A DNA stretch of 44,934 nt from a virus. A program made the position numbers and the translations under genes. The stretch is from positions 1-44,934 of the IMG/VR virus record IMGVR_UViG_3300045988_069571; one strand, given 5' to 3'. Under the pieces are notes generated by a model. That model did not search any database. It was not told the origin of the DNA and was given only the letters and a program-made list of their open reading frames with translations. This document shows, in pieces, positions 39,303 through 44,934 of the stretch; positions within the stretch are counted from its first letter, which is position 1, and each line of letters begins with the position of its first letter.

Positions 39303-41138
39303 TCACAGCGGCAGTTCGTCCAGCGCATCTTCGTCGTCCAGATCCACAGGCGGGAGTACCAGGCAGAAACACTCGGTCGGGATGCCGTTGATGCGCTTGC
39401 CCCGGGTGTTGTTGCGCCCCCGGGTGATGATCAAATGACTCTCCTTCAAGTATGAAATCATGGCAGCCGTGGAGTATCCGGCATCCTGTAGGATGCGCTC
39501 AAATACAGACCGGATGATGTAGGCGTGCCGGTCGTCCAGGGCGCCCAGAACCTCCTGGTTCGGGTTCTCCGCCCTGGTACAGAGCCGGTTGCTGTTTTGC
39601 GTAACCCAGTCGCAGAGGTACTTGTAGCCCCGGTCTCCGGCACTCACGGCGGCCTTGGAAGCCAGGAACTCCGAAATCTGCTCCACAGTCAAAGGCCGCT
39701 GTGACCCGCCGAAAATCCAGGCGCAGGCCAGCTCGTCCGCGCAGATGATGGCGGCCGCCGCCATGGCCTGCTTCTCAGTGGTATCCCGGTCAGACAAGGC
39801 ACGGAACAGATCCCGGTATCGCTCATCCACCTTCTGGATGACGCCGGGCCGATACAGCTCCTCCACGAACCGGCGGCCGGCGAAGCCGTAGTTGCGCTTT
39901 GCCAGGCCGGAGATCCGCATGCCGTCCCGTATGACCACGTTGGAGGACTTGCACTCAATATCGATGACCCGGTTCACCGCGCCGGCCCCGCTGGCCGTCC
40001 CAGTCAAGGGAGACTCGCCTGTGGTCAGTATGCAGTTGCGCCAGGTGGGTGTCAGGTCTACTCCGCCGGCACGGTTACCCCGGGTGCGTCCCACGCCCTG
40101 CGCCAGCTTATACACGTCAAAGTTAGTTCGCCCTCTGGAGTCCTTGGCCAGCTGCAATTCATCCAGACAGAGCGGCAGATTGTTGAGGAAGGCCGCCGTC
40201 TTTTCCTGGCCCACCACCGTGCCGTCAAAGGTCTTGATATAGCTGCCCACCGCCGGGTCGCCCCATACGCTGGCGGCCACCATAAGCGCCACCGTTTTGC
40301 CGGTGCCGGAATCCACACCCCACAGGTGGACGAAGAAGGGCAGGCAGTTGAGCGGCTCTAGCAGCACTGAGGCGAAGGAAGCCGCCAGGATGATGCAGGC
40401 AGTGGCGGACATGCCGCGTACTTCCCGAGCCATGTCCAGCCATTTCTCTTCCTCCCCGTGGGAGCGTACGGTGGCGAACAGCGCTTTAAAATTGGCGTCG
40501 CCGTCAAAGATCAGCCCGTCTACAAAGGGGGAGAATCCCTCATCCCGGATATAGCCCAGCCGTCCGATGCACTTCCGCTCCGGTATGGTGTCGTAGTTCA
40601 GGTTTTCCAGGTCGGATATGTACTGCACGAAGGCCCTGGCGTTCTGGCTGGTAACGGCAATTCCGCTGCCGGCCAGTTCGGTCACTCGGTTGGCGTTGGC
40701 CAGCACCGTCTTGCTGACGATGAGCCGCCGCCAGACGGCTCCCTTCCGGAAGGCCAGTTTGAGTTTCTCCTCTCCGGTGTCGATGTTGACCAGGCGCTCC
40801 ACCGGCATGATAGGGTGAGGACAGGCCACCTCGTCCACGAAGCCGCTTCGGCGGCAGACCCCCAGATCGGTGGCGTCCCAGTCCCCCGCATTGAGTTCCA
40901 GGGGCTGGCCGGTAAAGCTGGTCACGTTGTCCACATAGACCGTTCCGGCCTGGGCCTTCAAGCTCTCGATGTATTTCTTATACATGGACTTGAAGCCTCG
41001 GAAGCCCTGATTGACCGCGTATACAGCCAGCTCCTGCAGCTTTGTCTCGTGCAGGAAGGGCCGGTCGTGGAATTGATAGAGCGCCTCATAGGGAGCCGGA
41101 GTCAGGAAATCTTCTGTTTTGTATGTCCAGTCTCCCAT
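39303..41138 (-). CDS. DUF927/SF3-like primase-associated helicase (about 611 aa)
   Basis: Walker A is GVDSGTGKTVAL, followed by ASVWGDP and Walker B LCLDELQ. The start is ATG 41138 or TTG 41159. Confidence 0.75.
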   Translation of the reverse strand: MGDWTYKTEDFLTPAPYEALYQFHDRPFLHETKLQELAVYAVNQGFRGFKSMYKKYIESLKAQAGTVYVDNVTSFTGQPLELNAGDWDATDLGVCRRSGFVDEVACPHPIMPVERLVNIDTGEEKLKLAFRKGAVWRRLIVSKTVLANANRVTELAGSGIAVTSQNARAFVQYISDLENLNYDTIPERKCIGRLGYIRDEGFSPFVDGLIFDGDANFKALFATVRSHGEEEKWLDMAREVRGMSATACIILAASFASVLLEPLNCLPFFVHLWGVDSGTGKTVALMVAASVWGDPAVGSYIKTFDGTVVGQEKTAAFLNNLPLCLDELQLAKDSRGRTNFDVYKLAQGVGRTRGNRAGGVDLTPTWRNCILTTGESPLTGTASGAGAVNRVIDIECKSSNVVIRDGMRISGLAKRNYGFAGRRFVEELYRPGVIQKVDERYRDLFRALSDRDTTEKQAMAAAAIICADELACAWIFGGSQRPLTVEQISEFLASKAAVSAGDRGYKYLCDWVTQNSNRLCTRAENPNQEVLGALDDRHAYIIRSVFERILQDAGYSTAAMISYLKESHLIITRGRNNTRGKRINGIPTECFCLVLPPVDLDDEDALDELPL

Positions 41139-41142
41139 GCAA

Positions 41143-41676
41143 TTACCTACCCATTTCAATATGTTCTTCCAGCCACCACTCCAAATATGGCAGCCGCTTT
41201 ACCGCGTCGGCATACAGAGGGTGAATGCAGTCCGCGGCGTCTCTGGCCGGTTCCAGCGCCTTGACGGTCTCCAGCAGACGGCGATGCTCCTCCACCGCCC
41301 GGTAGTATGCCGCAGCCTCCGCCCGCTTCCGCTCCTCCTCCGCCTGCCTAGCCTGAAACCGGGCAGACAGCTCCGCCCGGGTCGGTTTATGGTCAGTCAG
41401 GCCAAGATGAAAATCCTCGTTGAGGCGGCTGCAGGCTTCCCGGAAGTCTACCCCGAAGTAACGCATGACGAAGTCGATCACCGTGCCGCCGGCGCCGCAA
41501 CCGAAGCAGTGCCAGCCAGTCTTATTTTCGGAATAGACCTTCAGACTGGCGTGACGATCTCCCTGGTGGAAGGGGCACTGTACAAAGCCGCTCCGGTTTA
41601 AGGGAAGGCCATAGGCAGAAAACACCACCGGTGCCGGGAGCAGACGCTTAATCTCGGACGCAAGATCATCCATCAT
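41143..41676 (-). CDS. CHC2 (DnaG-type) zinc-finger protein (177 aa)
   Basis: CPFHQGDRHASLKV....WHCFGCGAGGTVIDFV is the primase zinc-binding signature. I saw no TOPRIM domain. Confidence 0.75.
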   Translation of the reverse strand: MMDDLASEIKRLLPAPVVFSAYGLPLNRSGFVQCPFHQGDRHASLKVYSENKTGWHCFGCGAGGTVIDFVMRYFGVDFREACSRLNEDFHLGLTDHKPTRAELSARFQARQAEEERKRAEAAAYYRAVEEHRRLLETVKALEPARDAADCIHPLYADAVKRLPYLEWWLEEHIEMGR

Positions 41677-42502
41677 CCTCGACCAGATCCCTGTAATTGA
41701 TGATGCCGGTCAGCTCGCGGGTCGCCCGGCAGTAGGCGCAGCGCCCACAGCGCCGGGCGGTTTCCCGGCCCTCCTTGATGGCCTGGTACCTGGGCGCCCG
41801 ATCCTCCACCTGATAGAGGGCAGAGGTCAGATCCGCGTCCGAGATATACAGAGCCCCGATGTCCGGTTCCTCTTCTTTAGTTCCGACCGCCAGGATAAAC
41901 GGGAGCTGATGCCCCTCCAGGGCCCGGTAGATTGCTCCCTGGATGTCGTATCCGTATGCCTCCACAAAGGGCAGTTTGCAGTGCTCCTCCTCGCTCCACA
42001 CGGGCTTCATGTCCTTCATGCACTTCTGATCTACAATAGCGCCCCTGGGGATCTCCCCCAGTACGGCCCGGGTCTCCGGATAAAATCGGATGATATCCAT
42101 GCACTCCCGCGCACTGAGGAGGCTGTCCAGCTTACCCTTGAACGGGATGCCGGCGATCTCTCCGACCACGATGTACTGCTTGCGCCCGCCCATCAGCAGA
42201 GAGAAGAGTCCGTCATCCACCATCTTTGCGATAATGCTCTGGGCCTTGATGTACTCACTCTTCAAGGTGCCGTCCCGCTTGAAGATCTCCGGGTGCTGCC
42301 CCTGAAACAGGGGCAGCTCACCAGAGAACCAGGCGTCCACATAGCCGCCCACCAACAGGGCTGTGGAGGCCGGGGGGATATACTCCCCCCGCAGCTCCGC
42401 CAGCGCCGCCGCCTCACAGCGGTCGAAGGCCTTGAATTGGGATGCGGACATATAGGCCAGGTTGGCCTCCTGGCTGTAATAGTTTTCAGCGGTCAGAATC
42501 AT
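41666..42502 (-). CDS. Cas4/RecB-like PD-(D/E)XK nuclease with 4-Cys cluster (278 aa)
   Basis: ATG at 42502 has an ATGA overlap with the upstream stop. The motifs are GKLD...IVDQK, an N-terminal FDRC, and a C-terminal CGRCAYC. Confidence 0.75.
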   Translation of the reverse strand: MILTAENYYSQEANLAYMSASQFKAFDRCEAAALAELRGEYIPPASTALLVGGYVDAWFSGELPLFQGQHPEIFKRDGTLKSEYIKAQSIIAKMVDDGLFSLLMGGRKQYIVVGEIAGIPFKGKLDSLLSARECMDIIRFYPETRAVLGEIPRGAIVDQKCMKDMKPVWSEEEHCKLPFVEAYGYDIQGAIYRALEGHQLPFILAVGTKEEEPDIGALYISDADLTSALYQVEDRAPRYQAIKEGRETARRCGRCAYCRATRELTGIINYRDLVEDDG

Positions 42503-43077
42503 AGCGGCTGCTCCTCTCCTCCGGCGGCCTGCGCGGCCTCCTTGCGCTTCTGGGCGCAAGCGGCGCACAGCGGCGCACCATAGTGTTTTGTGGTATATGC
42601 CGCCAGCCATGCGGCGTTCTTGCCCTCGGTCGGCTTGATTTCCTGCCCGCAGTCGGTACAGGGCGGAACCGGGGGCGGGGCCACGCGGGGCACATGAGGC
42701 CGGATGCGGATGCCGTCGGTGTACCCCCCATCCTGGGGATCCCTCACCTTGTGGTCGATGTAGAGCTGGATGCGCTTGCCCACCAGCGTGGCGGCCTTGG
42801 CGTCTCCGTACAGCTTCCGCAGGGCCTTGCGGTTGGTAGAGTTGACGATCAGGGGCCGCACCTGGAGAATGCCGGGCACCCGCTCCTCCGCGAAGGTGAG
42901 CACGTCCTTCTTCTCCTTACCCCGCTGGAGGGTCACCATGCCGTTCCACAGCCCGGAGATGGTCAGCACCGGCTCCACACCGTCGTCAATATCCTCCGCC
43001 CCCAGATACTCGGACTCCCGCTCCTGACCCAGCCGCTCCTCTCCAGTGAGCTGGCGGAGCCTATCCTTCGGCATCAT
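42499..43077 (-). CDS. Hypothetical protein with C-terminal CxxC...CxxC (about 192 aa)
   Basis: The SD GGAGAGG favours the third codon, ATG at 43077. The C-terminus contains CTDCG...CAAC. An SSB-like role would be pure guesswork. Confidence 0.6.
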   Translation of the reverse strand: MMPKDRLRQLTGEERLGQERESEYLGAEDIDDGVEPVLTISGLWNGMVTLQRGKEKKDVLTFAEERVPGILQVRPLIVNSTNRKALRKLYGDAKAATLVGKRIQLYIDHKVRDPQDGGYTDGIRIRPHVPRVAPPPVPPCTDCGQEIKPTEGKNAAWLAAYTTKHYGAPLCAACAQKRKEAAQAAGGEEQPL

Positions 43078-43279
43078 CGTCATCCTCTCCTTCCGTTACA
43101 CATGAGATCCCGGCCGCTACCAGCGCCAAGATGATGTTGCACTCCTCATAGCAGATATTCGTATCTGCCTTGACCATGATGTTCATAATTTTTCCGGCTG
43201 CTTCCATCAGTTTTGCCATCCGGAAAGGGGTAACATAGCAGGCCCCGGACTGTTCGATCCGCTTCCGCTCAGCCATCAT
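43061..43279 (-). CDS. Small acidic-tailed protein (72 aa; start uncertain)
   Basis: This is the first ATG after the ATPase stop, with a weak SD. The track's longer form overlaps the ATPase gene. Confidence 0.4.
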   Translation of the reverse strand: MMAERKRIEQSGACYVTPFRMAKLMEAAGKIMNIMVKADTNICYEECNIILALVAAGISCVTEGEDDDDAEG

Positions 43280-43293
43280 TCTTTCGGCGGGGG

Positions 43294-44724
43294 TCACAGC
43301 TCCACCACCTCCAGCTCCGGGGAGTCGCTCACCCGGGTAGCAATGAGCTGCAGGCCCTTGGCCTTGCACCGCTCATACAGGGCCGACCGGCTCTTATCGT
43401 CCAGCCGCTCAGCGCCGTCCACCAGGATGATGCCCAGCTGGCCGGGCTTGCTGACCGTGATGTCCACACACAGCTCCAGCAGCTCCCCGTCGGACAGATT
43501 GCTGATGGGCAGGCCATGGATGAGTGGAACGCCGTTCTCCACCGTGAGGCCCTTGATGGGAATGGAGGCCGTCTCCAGAATCTGCCCGGGCAGATCCCGG
43601 GCCAGCTCAATCTTGCGGGTCAGCTCCTCGGACTTGGCCGCCAGCTGCTCCACCTCGCCCTGCATGGCCACCATACGCTGGTACTCATTGAGGTGCTTGC
43701 GCATAGCTTCGGCGGTATCGATGTCCGCGGCCAGCTCTGCTATGTCCTGCATGGGCGTGTCCGCATACCGGGCAGCCACCTCCAGGTCGGCGTCCAGCTT
43801 GGCCCGCCGGGCGGCGAGATCCGCATCGATGGCCGCCACCCGATCCTGGCGCCTCTGATCCAGCCCGGCGAGTTTCTCCCGGGCTGCCTGGATCTGAGCC
43901 TCCATACGGGAGATCCCGGCCGTCAGCTTCTCCCGTTCGGCGGCAATCTCCCGGTCTGCCGCAGCCACCGCCATGTCATGCTCCCCCTGCAGGCCCCGCA
44001 GCTTGTCCTGCTGGCTGCTCAGGAAAGCCTTGGCCCGCTCAATCCTGGCGTTTTCGCTCCGGCGCTGCTCCAGCTCCCGGTACCGCTCCGCCATCGGGTA
44101 GTCGTTCCAGCGGTCGAAATCGTAGTTGGGCGGAATATCCTTGGCGATATCCGCGATAAAGGCCTGCTTGTTGCGGATATCCCGGTTCAGGGCCTGGCGG
44201 CTCTGAAAGTAGTTCCCGTTCTCGGCCTGGATGTCGTTGAGCACCTGAAGAATATGCTGGGAGTAGTCCACCCCGGCCGGGATCTCGCCAAACTGCTCCG
44301 AAATCCAGTTCATATCCCAGGGAAACTCGATCAGTGAGAGGATCTCACGGTTCTTTTCCTGGCGGGATAGCTGGGTAAACTTCACCGGATCCAGCTGTAG
44401 GGGAGTAAAGATCTGTGCCAGGAACTCCGCCGGCCGGGTCTGCACCATGGAACCGTCCCGAACCTTGACCACACTGCCTTTCTCAGAGCGGGCCTTCCGG
44501 TCAATCTGCAGCCCGGTGTCCGTCTCAATGAGGATCTCGCCCTCCTCAGCGCCCTGGTGGATCACATAATCCCGGTCGCTCTTGTTGGTCAGAGCGAAGC
44601 GGATGGCGTCCAACACGGAGGTCTTGCCGGCGCCCTTTGGGCCGGACAGCTCCACCGAGCGTCCGTCCAGGGTGGCCTCCTTGATGCCAAACAAATTTTT
44701 GATGATGATTTTGGTGGTTCTCAT
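43294..44724 (-). CDS. SMC/Rad50/RecN-like coiled-coil ATPase (476 aa)
   Basis: ATG at 44724 lies after AAAGGAG. Walker A is GPKGAGKTS. It has a long coiled-coil middle and a C-terminal LSDGE signature plus ILVDGAERLD Walker B. Confidence 0.8.
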   Translation of the reverse strand: MRTTKIIIKNLFGIKEATLDGRSVELSGPKGAGKTSVLDAIRFALTNKSDRDYVIHQGAEEGEILIETDTGLQIDRKARSEKGSVVKVRDGSMVQTRPAEFLAQIFTPLQLDPVKFTQLSRQEKNREILSLIEFPWDMNWISEQFGEIPAGVDYSQHILQVLNDIQAENGNYFQSRQALNRDIRNKQAFIADIAKDIPPNYDFDRWNDYPMAERYRELEQRRSENARIERAKAFLSSQQDKLRGLQGEHDMAVAAADREIAAEREKLTAGISRMEAQIQAAREKLAGLDQRRQDRVAAIDADLAARRAKLDADLEVAARYADTPMQDIAELAADIDTAEAMRKHLNEYQRMVAMQGEVEQLAAKSEELTRKIELARDLPGQILETASIPIKGLTVENGVPLIHGLPISNLSDGELLELCVDITVSKPGQLGIILVDGAERLDDKSRSALYERCKAKGLQLIATRVSDSPELEVVEL

Positions 44725-44784
44725 TTGACAACTCCTTTTGCCCCTGTTAAAATGGGGCTGTAGTTCTTTGGGGCGATGCCCCAC

Positions 44785-44824
44785 CCCTCGGCCGGGTGTG
44801 CAGACCCGGCCGGGGCTTTTTTTT
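44785..44824 (+). terminator. Orphan plus-strand hairpin + T8
   Basis: CGGCCGGGT (44789-44797) / ACCCGGCCG (44804-44812), extended by CCC/GGG, followed by C + TTTTTTTT (44817-44824). No plus-strand gene lies upstream. Confidence 0.5.
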
Positions 44825-44934
44825 GCTCACAGGGCAATGACAACGGAGCCCTCGCTGACCTCCTGCTGGAGCCGCTCCTCCAGAAACTTCTTGATGGTCT
44901 CCCGGGCGGTCAGCTTCCACATGCCGCCGTCGGC
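44816..44934. repeat. Terminal direct repeat, copy 2 (identical to 1-119)
   Basis: Same 119 nt as the window start. It contains the 3' end of the 12..746 gene. Confidence 0.95.

Larger units (their letters stand above)
1..44934. mobile_element. Complete temperate phage genome, circularly closed (unit 44,815 bp)
   Basis: Seen: integrase, repressor/ImmA, attP with a tRNA 3' end, and replication, packaging, head, fibre and lysis genes are all present. The window end repeats the window start. Inference: this is a circular or excised form, because no host flanks are present. Confidence 0.85.

Noticed and set aside
1-44934. A diversity-generating retroelement or retron (looked for because of the fibre genes and the structured non-coding regions)
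   Set aside because: No ORF has reverse-transcriptase motifs, and I noticed no template/variable repeat pair near the fibre genes.

Overview
The window is a complete, circularly closed temperate phage genome. Bases 1-119 recur exactly at 44816-44934, giving a 44,815-bp unit with no host flanks. Nearly all genes are on the minus strand.

Reading the minus strand from the junction:
- Early/replication module: SMC/Rad50-like ATPase, Cas4-like PD-(D/E)XK nuclease, CHC2 zinc-finger protein, DUF927/SF3-like primase-helicase, a GTGGGAC iteron field (probable origin), SF2 DEAH helicase, VRR-NUC.
- A block of small, often Cys-rich accessory genes: Lar-like, a frameshifted YopX, and a small protein plus XRE HTH.
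- A ~440-bp ORF-free, hairpin-dense region.
- Packaging and head genes: TerS, TerL, portal, scaffold, capsid.
- A collagen-repeat fibre.
- A lysis cassette: three-domain amidase and holin.
- An S74-chaperone fibre.
- Large virion proteins, including a 1611-aa HExxH-containing giant.

I saw no tape-measure, tube or sheath gene, so the virion looks podovirus-like.

The plus strand carries the lysogeny module: XRE repressor, ImmA-type protease, membrane protein and tyrosine integrase. It ends at an attP containing a tRNA 3' end.

Signals the ORF track misses:
- A convergent 28-codon sORF/small-RNA pair with near-consensus promoters, a candidate type I toxin-antitoxin, next to int.
- Promoter-gene-terminator morons reading against their operons.
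- A terminator-bounded cargo cluster next to attP.
- About ten sub-60-aa coupled ORFs.

Host is inferred to be a high-GC Gram-positive (Clostridia-like). All family names are from motif recognition by eye; no searches were run.
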